A model generated the notes under the pieces. It was not told the DNA's origin. It searched no databases and saw nothing but the letters and a program-made list of their open reading frames with translations. From Actinomycetota bacterium (GTDB lineage: Bacteria > Actinomycetota > Thermoleophilia > Solirubrobacterales > 70-9): 64,000 bases of DNA. The stretch's first letter is position 1; the number at the start of each line of letters is the position of its first letter. Of the stretch, positions 8,877 to 16,897 are shown one piece after another. Both the position numbers and the translations under genes were made by a program. Location: positions 17,123-81,122 of the forward strand of contig JBKPND010000029.1 in assembly GCA_046732465.1 (NCBI GenBank), written 5' to 3'.

Positions 8877-9160
8877 GTCCCGTGCTGCAGAGCTGAGTGA
8901 AGTTGGCGTTAATGATCGGCACCTGCTCGATTCGCTCCCCCGTTCGTGGGTATTGAACGACTCCCGCTCGGCTTCGGCGTGCATCTCCCCCTTCACGCCG
9001 GAGGAACGCGGGAGAAGGAGTCGCCGAGGGGGGCGAAGGCGGGACAGGTCTCCCCTCGGCACTCCATCGCTCAGGAGACATTTGCCGCGGGCGCGGAGCG
9101 TCCCGGATTTGCGCTCACCCGAGCGGTTTCTCGTGATCTGCGGACGGGAACCAATGGGCC

Positions 9161-9943
9161 ATGTTCCGACCGGCAGCCCCTCTTGAAGCGGCACTGCGCC
9201 AGCGGAGTGTCCTCGGGGAGACCTCCCACCGGCCCTGGCCGCTCCCGGATCGGCCCTGGTTCATGGGTCAGACCTGGCGCCATCTTCTCTTCGCGCATTG
9301 GCAGGTTGAGGCGGAACGCCTGGCCGAGCGCATTCCGCCGCAGCTCCCGCTCGACACGCGTGACGGCTCGGCCTGGATCGGGGTGACGCCCTTCGGCGTC
9401 GAGGGGCTCCGGCTACGCCGCTTCCCTCCGGCACCGATCGTCTCCCAATTCCTCGAGGTCAACGTCCGCACCTACGTGACGGTCGACGGCAAGCCCGGGA
9501 TCTACTTCCTCAGCCTGGATGCGAGCAGCCGGCTCGCGGTCGCCGTTGCGCGCAGGACCTATCGCCTGCCGTACTTCCGCTCGCAGATCTCACTCGACGC
9601 CCAGGATGGCGGCTTCTTCTTCCGGAGCGAGCGCGTCTCGAAGGACGGCGAGCCGGCCGGGCTCGCGATCGCCTACGCCCCGACCGGCCGGCGGCTCCCG
9701 CAAGACGATTCGCTCGCGCGCTTCCTGGCGGAGCGCTACTGCCTCTACACGCTGTCCGAGGGCGGCCGCGTCCACCGGGCCGACATTCATCATCCGCCGT
9801 GGCCGCTTCAGGAGGCGAGTGGGTTGGTCGAGCGCAACTCGATGGCCTCGCCGTACGGGTTGGAGTTCTCCGGCGATCCGATCCTTCATTTCTCCGAGCG
9901 CCAGGACGTGGTGCTCTGGAACCTCGAGCCCACTGACGAGTGA
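9161..9943 (+). CDS. DUF2071 (YqjF-like) family protein
   Basis: RPWFMGQTWRHLLFAHWQV, GVTPF and NVRTYV match DUF2071 as I recall it. Confidence 0.65.
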   Translation: MFRPAAPLEAALRQRSVLGETSHRPWPLPDRPWFMGQTWRHLLFAHWQVEAERLAERIPPQLPLDTRDGSAWIGVTPFGVEGLRLRRFPPAPIVSQFLEVNVRTYVTVDGKPGIYFLSLDASSRLAVAVARRTYRLPYFRSQISLDAQDGGFFFRSERVSKDGEPAGLAIAYAPTGRRLPQDDSLARFLAERYCLYTLSEGGRVHRADIHHPPWPLQEASGLVERNSMASPYGLEFSGDPILHFSERQDVVLWNLEPTDE

Positions 9944-10036
9944 GCTTCGGCGAGGAGGGCTGGCGAGGCCCACGTTGTGAGGACGCGGGATCCGGGCAGG
10001 CTGAACCAGGACCCACGACCAGCAAAGGAGATCGGA

Positions 10037-10255
10037 ATGGAAGAGCAGGAGGAAGGGGCGCAGGTGAAGCGGGATGAGTCGGACGCGGAGCGCGGATCGG
10101 ACGAGCTGCCGGATCCCGATCGAGAGGGGCCAACCCCCGACCAGGAAAGGGAGGACCAGGAGTCACATGGGGACCGAAGCCCCCCGCCGGAGGACCTGAC
10201 GGATGATCCCGCCTACGAGCCCGAGGGCCACGTCAAAGGGATCGAAGGCGGCTAA
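10037..10255 (+). CDS. Small highly acidic, probably disordered protein (72 aa)
   Basis: ATG 10037 is preceded by AAAGGAG 7 nt upstream. The sequence is rich in D, E and P (MEEQEEGAQVKRDESDAERGSDELPDPDREG..) and sits 22 nt upstream of the EEP gene. Confidence 0.5.
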   Translation: MEEQEEGAQVKRDESDAERGSDELPDPDREGPTPDQEREDQESHGDRSPPPEDLTDDPAYEPEGHVKGIEGG

Positions 10256-10277
10256 GACCGCGTCTGCCGAAAGCCAG

Positions 10278-11126
10278 GTGCGCCTCGTCAGCTGGAACGT
10301 GGCTCGGCGCAGTTCGCGTCTGGTCGAGCAGGCCGCTGCGCTAGGCGGCCGCGATCCCGACGTGGTCGCGCTCCAGGAGATCACCAGCCGCACGCTGCCC
10401 TTATGGAGAGCGGCGCTCGAGACGATCGGAATCAGTCACGTGCGGGCGTCCTTGGACGGGGCCGATCCGGCGCGAGAGCCGGCGGCCCGGCGCAGCACGG
10501 GAGTGCTCCTCGGCTCGCGCACGCCGCTCAGAGCCGCCGCGGCCCTGCCCGTGCCCTGGCCGGAGACCGCCGTCGCAGCCGTCTCGCACTCCGCGGGCAC
10601 CGGCGTTGAGCTCCACTGCGTCCACGTCCCGAACGCCGCCAACGGCTGGGTCAAGGTCCGAACGCTGGAGGCGATTCGCCACGGGCTGGCAAGCGCCGGC
10701 CGGCGTCCGCGTGTGCTCTGCGGAGATCTCAACACCCCCCGCCGCGAGCTTCCCGACGGGGAGGTGATCTCATTCGCGCGCGACTCGCGAGGCCGCCTGC
10801 GACCGGAGCGCGGGCCCGAGTGGGACGAGGCCGAGCTTGGCGTCGTTCCAGGGCTCCGTGAGCTCGGTTACCGCGATGCGTTTCGAGCCCTGCACGGCTA
10901 CGCGCAGCGCGAGCCGAGCTGGACCTGGCGGCGGATCGCCGGCCACGACGGCGGCTGGCGTCTGGATCACATCTTCGCCTCGGAGGACCTTCGGCCGGCT
11001 TCAGCTGCCTACCACCACGCATGGCGCGAGCAGGGGCTCAGCGACCACTCAGCGCTCGAAGTCGACCTGCATAGGCTCAGATCAGGACGCTCGCAACGAT
11101 CGCGAGCGGCGTCCCGATCAGGCTGA
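10278..11126 (+). CDS. Endonuclease/exonuclease/phosphatase (EEP) family protein
   Basis: VRLVSWNVARR, VVALQE and a C-terminal SDHSALEVDL are EEP catalytic motifs. GTG 10278 is chosen as the start, while the ORF track starts at 10203. Confidence 0.8.
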   Translation: MRLVSWNVARRSSRLVEQAAALGGRDPDVVALQEITSRTLPLWRAALETIGISHVRASLDGADPAREPAARRSTGVLLGSRTPLRAAAALPVPWPETAVAAVSHSAGTGVELHCVHVPNAANGWVKVRTLEAIRHGLASAGRRPRVLCGDLNTPRRELPDGEVISFARDSRGRLRPERGPEWDEAELGVVPGLRELGYRDAFRALHGYAQREPSWTWRRIAGHDGGWRLDHIFASEDLRPASAAYHHAWREQGLSDHSALEVDLHRLRSGRSQRSRAASRSG

Positions 11127-11949
11127 CGCGAGCGAAGAAACGCTCGAATGGCCCGCGGTAACCGACGCTCTCCATCAGCAAGAGGGCTCCGAGATGCCCG
11201 AGGTTGATCAGGAAGAATCCGCCGGCCAAGAGATAGCGCAGCGCACACCCACCGGCGAACTGAACGATCGGCCCGCCCTGTTCCTCTTGTTTGTCGGGGC
11301 AGTCAGCCGCGAGCAGGATGAGCGCGATCGTTCCGAGGATCGCGACCGCGATCCCCAGCGTGTCTTGCTTCCGCAGCGGCGGAAGGTTCCTGGAGATCCG
11401 CCGACCCTCCTCGCGGCGCTTTGCCCCTGCCGTAGCCGTTTCGCGATTCTCAACCCGCTCTTGTTTCCCACGGCCCGTCACCAGCAGCTCTGTCGCGGGC
11501 TGGTCGAACTCGCGGTTGACCCGGTCCAGAAGCTCCGTTTCCGCGTAGCTCCGCTCTTTGTCGCGCGCATGGGTAAGGACGAGGATGCGCTCCGCCCCAT
11601 GCTTGAGAAGCTCGTCGCTGATCGCCGTCACCGGATCGGAGTCACCGACCTCCCCGTCGGCGTCGAGACCGACCGAGCGCAGCGCCTCGAGCGAAGCTTT
11701 CAGCCGTTCACGAGCGGGCGGGATCGCCTCATCTACGTCTCCGAGCACCTGCCTCAGCCCGGAGGAAGGAAGGACGGGGCAGACGAGATGTACCTCCGGG
11801 GGGTCGCCGCCAGTCGCGCGATGAACCTCATCAACGACGGCCTGAGCTGCATCACCGGCGATCTCCTCCGTGGCGACGATCAGCACCGAGCGGGTCGATC
11901 CACTCGCTGGGGTGCCACGATCTGCTGAGTTTTCGCCGGTTCCCTCCAT
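11077..11949 (-). CDS. USP-like (adenine-nucleotide alpha-hydrolase-fold) domain fused to a C-terminal multi-pass membrane domain
   Basis: The N-terminus (VLIVATEEI..GDSDPVTAISDELLKHGAERILVLTH) is paralogous to 13040-13465. The C-terminus has about 4 hydrophobic helices. Confidence 0.6.
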   Translation of the reverse strand: MEGTGENSADRGTPASGSTRSVLIVATEEIAGDAAQAVVDEVHRATGGDPPEVHLVCPVLPSSGLRQVLGDVDEAIPPARERLKASLEALRSVGLDADGEVGDSDPVTAISDELLKHGAERILVLTHARDKERSYAETELLDRVNREFDQPATELLVTGRGKQERVENRETATAGAKRREEGRRISRNLPPLRKQDTLGIAVAILGTIALILLAADCPDKQEEQGGPIVQFAGGCALRYLLAGGFFLINLGHLGALLLMESVGYRGPFERFFARVSLIGTPLAIVASVLI

Positions 11950-12062
11950 CGCGCCGGTGTACCCGAATCCGATCCAGATCGAAACACCGGCGGGTGGGCG
12001 CTTCGAACCGCTCGAGAGATACCCGGGCGGCTAAGCCGCGCCCGAGCGGGTAGCAGCGATGC

Positions 12063-12383
12063 ATGTGGTATCCCAGCCTGTCGCAGCTGCGAGACACAGA
12101 CAGGGCTGTCGGGAAAATCAACGACGGTGGCGGTCCGCGCCGTCTCCGCTTGGTTCGGGTGGGGCACCCCCAGGGCCTCTTTCTGCCCAGCACCGAGGCG
12201 ACGGTCGAGGTCGAGACGGTAAGCGGGAAGGTCGTCCGACTAAGGCCTCAGCTCCCGGTGCCCTTCCTCTACGCCTGGACATACAGACTTGCTCGTCGCC
12301 TTGGTCTTCCCCTTGCCTCGACCCTCGATCCCGAGGACCTAAGTGTCGAAGTGCCCGTGCCCGGGTGGGTTTGGCCGGACTGA
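12063..12383 (+). CDS. Hypothetical protein (weak call)
   Basis: The ORF has non-junk composition in its C-terminal two thirds (TEATVEVETVSGKVVRLRPQLPVPFLYAWTYRLARRLGLP). No motif is recognised and the start is unclear. Confidence 0.3.
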   Translation: MWYPSLSQLRDTDRAVGKINDGGGPRRLRLVRVGHPQGLFLPSTEATVEVETVSGKVVRLRPQLPVPFLYAWTYRLARRLGLPLASTLDPEDLSVEVPVPGWVWPD

Positions 12384-12449
12384 TCCGCGCTTGACCCGCT
12401 GCCGGGTCCGTCGCGCACGATGACAATGAAGGCGGCGTAAGATGGCGGC

Positions 12450-12785
12450 ATGGCATCCGAGCGCGAGGAGCGGATTGCCCGGAACGAGGCGATGTTCCGC
12501 GTCGCCAACGAGCGGATGGCGGACTGGGAGGAGCAGCACGCGAGTAGTGCGGTCGAGCCCTACTTCTGCGAGTGCGCGAATCCCGAATGCGGCGAGCATG
12601 TGGATCTGCGCAAGGCCGACTACGAGCGGGTCCGCTCGGACTCGCGCCGCTTCGTGATCGTCCCCGGTCACGAGGCACCGGACGTGGAGAAGGTGATCGA
12701 GCGAAACGAGGGCTGGGCGATCATCGAAAAGGCGCCCGAGGTGACCGGCGTGGTTGAGGAACTCGACCCCCGCCGCGAGGGCTGA
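12450..12785 (+). CDS. Hypothetical protein with a CxCxxxxC segment
   Basis: The ORF has clean composition (RIARNEAMFRVANERMADWEE..YFCECANPECGEHVDL..). I do not recognise a family. Confidence 0.55.
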   Translation: MASEREERIARNEAMFRVANERMADWEEQHASSAVEPYFCECANPECGEHVDLRKADYERVRSDSRRFVIVPGHEAPDVEKVIERNEGWAIIEKAPEVTGVVEELDPRREG

Positions 12786-12867
12786 GCGTTATGCGGCGCC
12801 CTGGGACCTACGCGGCGGTCAATTCGGCTAGCTATCCCTAAAACGAACGGCCCCCACCCCCACGGTC

Positions 12868-12950
12868 TGGCGGATCCGTATCGGGGCGTGGCGACAAACG
12901 AATCGGGCCCCCGCTACTAGCCAAGGGCCCTCTGAAAAGAGGGCCCTTGG
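12868..12950 (+). repeat. att-like copy E: short arm plus tRNA-fMet T-loop-to-3'-end fragment plus hairpin
   Basis: The segment reads GGCGGATCCG..ACGAATC-GGGCCCCCGCTA-CTAG-CCAAGGGCCCTCTGAAAAGAGGGCCCTTGG. The hairpin at 12921-12950 is identical to copy A. Confidence 0.75.
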
Positions 12951-13039
12951 TGCTTGTTGCGTCGTCACACGCGGCCCTCCTCTCGGGCAGTATTCACCTC
13001 GTCCAACTCGGCGCGGCCGATGCCACAATCACCACTGGG

Positions 13040-13465
13040 ATGACTTCCCCAGCGTTTACGCGCGTCCTGGTTGTGGCTCACCAGACCGCGGCGACACCGA
13101 GACTGCTTGACGCGGTTCGTGCCCGCGCCCGCCGGTCTCGCTGCACATTCACGCTCCTGGTGCCGCGTCCCTACTGGGACCCGGACACCGAGGTGGCCGC
13201 GGCCACACTCGAGCTGGCCATCCCGCTGCTCCGCGAGGCCGCTGGCGGCCACGTCGAAGGGATCGTCGGCGACAGCGATCCTTTCGTCGCCGTGCAGCAG
13301 GCGATCGAGCGAGGCGGGTTCGACGAGATCATTATCTCCACCCTCCCGGCACGGGTCTCGCGCTGGCTCCGTCGCGATCTCCCCCACCGCGTGGAGGCGC
13401 TCGGCCTCCCTGTCACTGTTGTCACCGCCCAGCAGTCCGAGCGCGCCGTCTCCGACGCTCGTTGA
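13040..13465 (+). CDS. USP-like stand-alone domain protein
   Basis: VLVVAHQTAATPRLL..GDSDPFVAVQQAIERGGFDEIIISTLP is paralogous to the N-terminal domain of 11077-11949. ATG 13040 is chosen as the start. Confidence 0.6.
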   Translation: MTSPAFTRVLVVAHQTAATPRLLDAVRARARRSRCTFTLLVPRPYWDPDTEVAAATLELAIPLLREAAGGHVEGIVGDSDPFVAVQQAIERGGFDEIIISTLPARVSRWLRRDLPHRVEALGLPVTVVTAQQSERAVSDAR

Positions 13466-13486
13466 GCTACATAGGAGGACGGTTAT

Positions 13487-14374
13487 TCACCCGCGCGACG
13501 CGGCGTCGAAGCGCCGATCGGCGAGCGCCAGGAAAGCCTTCCCCGCTGGGGACGTGACGGCCTCGTTCCACGCCAGGGCTGTTCGTCGCTGAAGGTGTGG
13601 GCGGGTGATCTCCAGAGCGGCGACGTCGGCACCCTTCGCCGCCGAGGAGGGAAGGACCGCGACGCCGAGCCCTTCGGCGGCAAGCTCGACCAGCGATCCG
13701 AGGTCGTCGGCCTCCGCCGTGATCCGGGGATCGAAGCCGGCGTCGCGGCAGGCGTTCTCGAGCACCATGCGCAGGCCGCTGCCGCGGACGAGCGTGATCA
13801 TCGGCTGTTCGCGCAACTGGGCGAGGGTGACGGTTCTGCGGCGGCTGAGCGGATCGCCGCGGCGGACCACGAGGACCAGCGGCTCGGTGGCGAGCACGCT
13901 GGTACGGATCTGGGGCGGCAGTGGCTGCACCCCCACCCCGACGACTCCGGTGTCGAGGTCGCCGTTGGCGACGGCCTCGAGGAGCGGCTCGTTGTGCTCC
14001 TGGGTGACCGAGATCTCGACCGCGGGATGGGCACGATGGAAGTCGCCGAGCGCTTCCGCGAAGCGATGGTCCACGGGCCCCGCGACGCCCACCGTGAGCC
14101 GCCCGTGGAGCATGCCGCGCAGGGAGGCGATCTCATCGCGGCCTCGCCCGGCTGCGGCGAGCGCCGCGCGGGCGTGCGGCAGGAGCGCCTCGCCGGCGGC
14201 GGTGAGCCTGACCAGGCGTCGGTCGCGAAGGAAAAGCGGCTCCCCGAGCTCGCGCTCAAGGCGACGGATCTGCGCGCTGACCGCGGGCTGGGCCACCGAG
14301 ACGCGGATCGCCGCGCGGGTGAACTGCCCTTCCTCGGCGACCGCGACGAAGTAGGAGAGCTGCCGCAGGTCCAT
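13487..14374 (-). CDS. LysR-family transcriptional regulator
   Basis: MDLRQLSYFVAVAEEGQFTRAA..QPAVSAQIRRLE forms the HTH and a LysR substrate-binding domain follows. The start is moved to ATG 14374, and the ORF-track N-terminal extension is rejected. Confidence 0.9.
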   Translation of the reverse strand: MDLRQLSYFVAVAEEGQFTRAAIRVSVAQPAVSAQIRRLERELGEPLFLRDRRLVRLTAAGEALLPHARAALAAAGRGRDEIASLRGMLHGRLTVGVAGPVDHRFAEALGDFHRAHPAVEISVTQEHNEPLLEAVANGDLDTGVVGVGVQPLPPQIRTSVLATEPLVLVVRRGDPLSRRRTVTLAQLREQPMITLVRGSGLRMVLENACRDAGFDPRITAEADDLGSLVELAAEGLGVAVLPSSAAKGADVAALEITRPHLQRRTALAWNEAVTSPAGKAFLALADRRFDAASRG

Positions 14375-14380
14375 AACGAT

Positions 14381-14395
14381 TTCTTCTGATAAGAA
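14381..14395. promoter_or_regulatory. Candidate LysR box (T-N11-A type dyad)
   Basis: TTCTT-CTGAT-AAGAA lies 7 nt upstream of the LysR start, in the divergent intergenic region. Confidence 0.4.
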
Positions 14396-14423
14396 TAAGC
14401 GACCTGTCTTTGACTTATGACTG

Positions 14424-14756
14424 TTGCGGCGTAACGTCGTGGACATGGCTGATGGGCAGCTCAACAGGTCCTCACGCCCTCCTCGGTGGCTGGCCGCGGT
14501 GGCGATGACGCTGGGGGCGTGGCTGGTGGCGTTCCTCGTCGTGACGGGGCTCCTCACCCTCCTCGGCGACGAGCTGGGGTCGCTGCCGCTCGGCCTACGC
14601 GTGTTGGTGATCAGCGGTGTCCTCGTGGCCCTGATGGTCAACCTGGTGATGCCCGTCCTGAACGTCGCTGTCGCTCGCTGGCTGCGGGACCCCCGCTCGG
14701 CGCCCGCTTCCATCGGCCGGCCCCGGGCGCATTCCGGAGGCGAAAGCCGTGCCTGA
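14424..14756 (+). CDS. Small membrane protein (about 3 TM), divergent from LysR
   Basis: Hydrophobic segments are LAAVAMTLGAWLVAFLVVTGLL, LRVLVISGVLVALMVNLVMPVL. Confidence 0.5.
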   Translation: MRRNVVDMADGQLNRSSRPPRWLAAVAMTLGAWLVAFLVVTGLLTLLGDELGSLPLGLRVLVISGVLVALMVNLVMPVLNVAVARWLRDPRSAPASIGRPRAHSGGESRA

Positions 14757-14893
14757 GCCCCCAGAACTCGAGGCACACACAGGGGTTGGCGCGTATTCGG
14801 CCTTCAGATACGCCTTCGCCGTGGTGGGCTGAGGGTTTGGCCTGGAGACGAGGCTGCCCCCCAGGTCGGCGTCTACCGCGACGGACTACCGCA

Positions 14894-15436
14894 TCACTGC
14901 ATCACCCCACGAAGCCGGTCACGCCGCGCCGCCGACAGCTCCTTTGGCTTCACGAACGACACCAGACCGGCGCTTCCGGGCGCCAGCTCGCGCCAGCTGC
15001 CGTTGAGCTCCAACGTCGCGAGCGCCGCGGTCGGAAACTTGCTCCTCACTCGCGCGACCTCAGCGCCGCCGCGGGCGAGGCTCAGCGTGAGGTCCTGGAT
15101 CCCGGGGTTGTGGCCGATTAGCATCACGGCCTTCACCTCGTCCGGAACCTCGCGCAGCACCTCGAGGAGGGCGGCCGCCGAGCCCGCGTAGAGCTCGGGC
15201 TCGATCCGGACCTCGGCATTCTCGCCCATGCCCGGTGCGATCCGCTCAAACGTCTGGCGGGTGCGCCGCGATGGCGAGCACAGCACCAGGTCGGGCGCGA
15301 TTCCCTTCCGCCGCAGATGCTCCGCTATGAGCTTCGCGGCGCGGCGACCGCGAGGCGCCAGGGGGCGGTCGTAGTCGACAAGCGTGGGGTCGTCCCAGCT
15401 CGACTTGGCGTGGCGCAGCAGATAGAGCCGTTTCAT
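14894..15436 (-). CDS. Histidine phosphatase family protein (SixA-like)
   Basis: MKRLYLLRHAKSSW..RPLAPRGRR carries the RHG motif, and HNP occurs later. The start is set at ATG 15436. Confidence 0.8.
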   Translation of the reverse strand: MKRLYLLRHAKSSWDDPTLVDYDRPLAPRGRRAAKLIAEHLRRKGIAPDLVLCSPSRRTRQTFERIAPGMGENAEVRIEPELYAGSAAALLEVLREVPDEVKAVMLIGHNPGIQDLTLSLARGGAEVARVRSKFPTAALATLELNGSWRELAPGSAGLVSFVKPKELSAARRDRLRGVMQ

Positions 15437-15714
15437 TCCCACTGCAGAATGGCGGGAGCCGACGGCCACAGGCAAGGGGGGACCAGTCGCTGTTGCTCCT
15501 CGCGCGTTGCAGGATCCCTGGGTTCGGTGAGCGATGACTCCAGATCTCGAGCGCATTCCCAGTTAGCGCCTCCTTGGCGCCAACGCGCCGCAGCCCGGAC
15601 AAGCCCAGGTCACCGACCGTTACCTGACAGTCGACCCTTCTTCATGGAGACGAAGAGCGGCTATTTCGGCGAGCACAGAAGTGCTGCGGACTCTCGCGAA
15701 GGGTGCAGCCTGGT

Positions 15715-16743
15715 CTATGAGCGAAGCGTTCGTGGAAGCCCGAGGTGTCCGAGGATGGCGGTGTCGGGGGGGAAGGTGGTGATCGCCGCGATCCGATCTC
15801 CCTCGAGCGTCAACACGATCAGTGAATAGGCCCGGGCGATCGGCGCCTGCGGGTCAGGGACGTAGCAGCCCAACGCCGGCTGGGTGTTGGCGCGAGTTGG
15901 CACGATAAGCAGCTTCCCGCGCAGCTCCGCGCGGTAGCCGAGGAAGGCGGCGATCGCCTCGTGTCCCTGGTACTCGAGCGGCCAGGGCGGCATCGTGAGC
16001 AGGGCGTCGTCGGTGAGCAGGGCGACGACCTCCTCGACGTCACCGCGCGCGAACGCGTCGGCGAAGCGCCCCACCAGTTCGCGCTCCTGCGCGGAGTTCG
16101 GCCGCGGTGCTTGGTCGCGGTCGGCGGCCGGCAGCCGCTCTCCGAGAGCCGCGCGGGCCCGCTGCAGGGCACCCTTGACCGCCGCCTTGCCGGTGTCGAG
16201 CATCTCGGCGACCTCCGCGGTGCTGAAGCCGAGGACGTCGCGCAGTACGAGCGCCACGCGCTGGCGGGGCGGCAGGTGCTGGAGGGCGACGATGAACGAA
16301 AGCTCGATCGACTCCCTGGCCTCGTAGCGTGCCGCCGGTCCGGGTGCGCGGTCGGGGATGTCCTCGAGCAGGACGTCGGGGTAGGGCTCGAGCCAGATCG
16401 GCTCGAACCTGCGTGTGGGCTCAGGCGCCTGATCCATTGCTGGTACCGCTGGTACCTGCCTGGGGCGGCGCGATCGGGCGCGCAGCGCGTTCAAGCAGCG
16501 GTTGGTCGCGATCCGGTACAGCCAGTTGCGCACGGATGCGCGGCCCTCGAACGCCTCGAGGCCCCGCCACGCGGCCAACAGCGTCTCTTGGACCGTGTCC
16601 TCTGCGTCCTGCAGCGAGCCGAGGATGCGGTAGCAGTGCAGCTGGAGCTCGCGCCGGTGGGGTTCGGTGAGCTCGCGAAACGCCTCCTCGTCGCCCGCGC
16701 GAGCCCGCGCGAGCGTGACCTCGCTTAGGGCGTCGCCCGGCAC
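15715..16743 (-). CDS. ECF sigma factor with a C-terminal SnoaL/NTF2-like extension (TIGR02960-like)
   Basis: Sigma-2 (AEDTVQETLLAAWRGLEAFEGRASVRNWLYRIATNRCLNALR) and sigma-4 (RQRVALVLRDVLGFSTAEVAEML) regions are followed by an extension of about 130 aa. The start is uncertain; GTG 16743 is the closest upstream start codon. Confidence 0.8.
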   Translation of the reverse strand: MPGDALSEVTLARARAGDEEAFRELTEPHRRELQLHCYRILGSLQDAEDTVQETLLAAWRGLEAFEGRASVRNWLYRIATNRCLNALRARSRRPRQVPAVPAMDQAPEPTRRFEPIWLEPYPDVLLEDIPDRAPGPAARYEARESIELSFIVALQHLPPRQRVALVLRDVLGFSTAEVAEMLDTGKAAVKGALQRARAALGERLPAADRDQAPRPNSAQERELVGRFADAFARGDVEEVVALLTDDALLTMPPWPLEYQGHEAIAAFLGYRAELRGKLLIVPTRANTQPALGCYVPDPQAPIARAYSLIVLTLEGDRIAAITTFPPDTAILGHLGLPRTLRS

Positions 16744-16897
16744 GGGCTTCTCGCATCGGTATGTCCTGTCGCGGTCATCACCGGTAAGGACACCGGCTTG
16801 CCCAGGGATGGACCGGCCGTTCCGTTCTCGTCGTCGCCGGTGTCTCAACGGACATGGACCCGAAGACGCGTTTGCAACGCGACTACCTAGGAGGGTA

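Noticed and set aside
8877-9160. The gap between 8876 and 9161, with overlapping ORF-track entries (8400-9194, 8728-9081, 8946-9386).
   Set aside because: All candidates have low-complexity Arg/Pro/Ser composition and no motif. This may be a decayed remnant, but I cannot support a call.
13487-14776. Long N-terminal extensions in the ORF track for several genes: LysR (to 14776), SixA-like (to 15556), ECF sigma (to 17016), MarR (to 56110), DAHP synthase (to 54657) and the MFS pumps (from 16667 and 57853).
   Set aside because: The extensions have junk composition, overlap divergent neighbours and precede the conserved N-terminal motifs. Starts were moved to the first start codon consistent with family N-termini.
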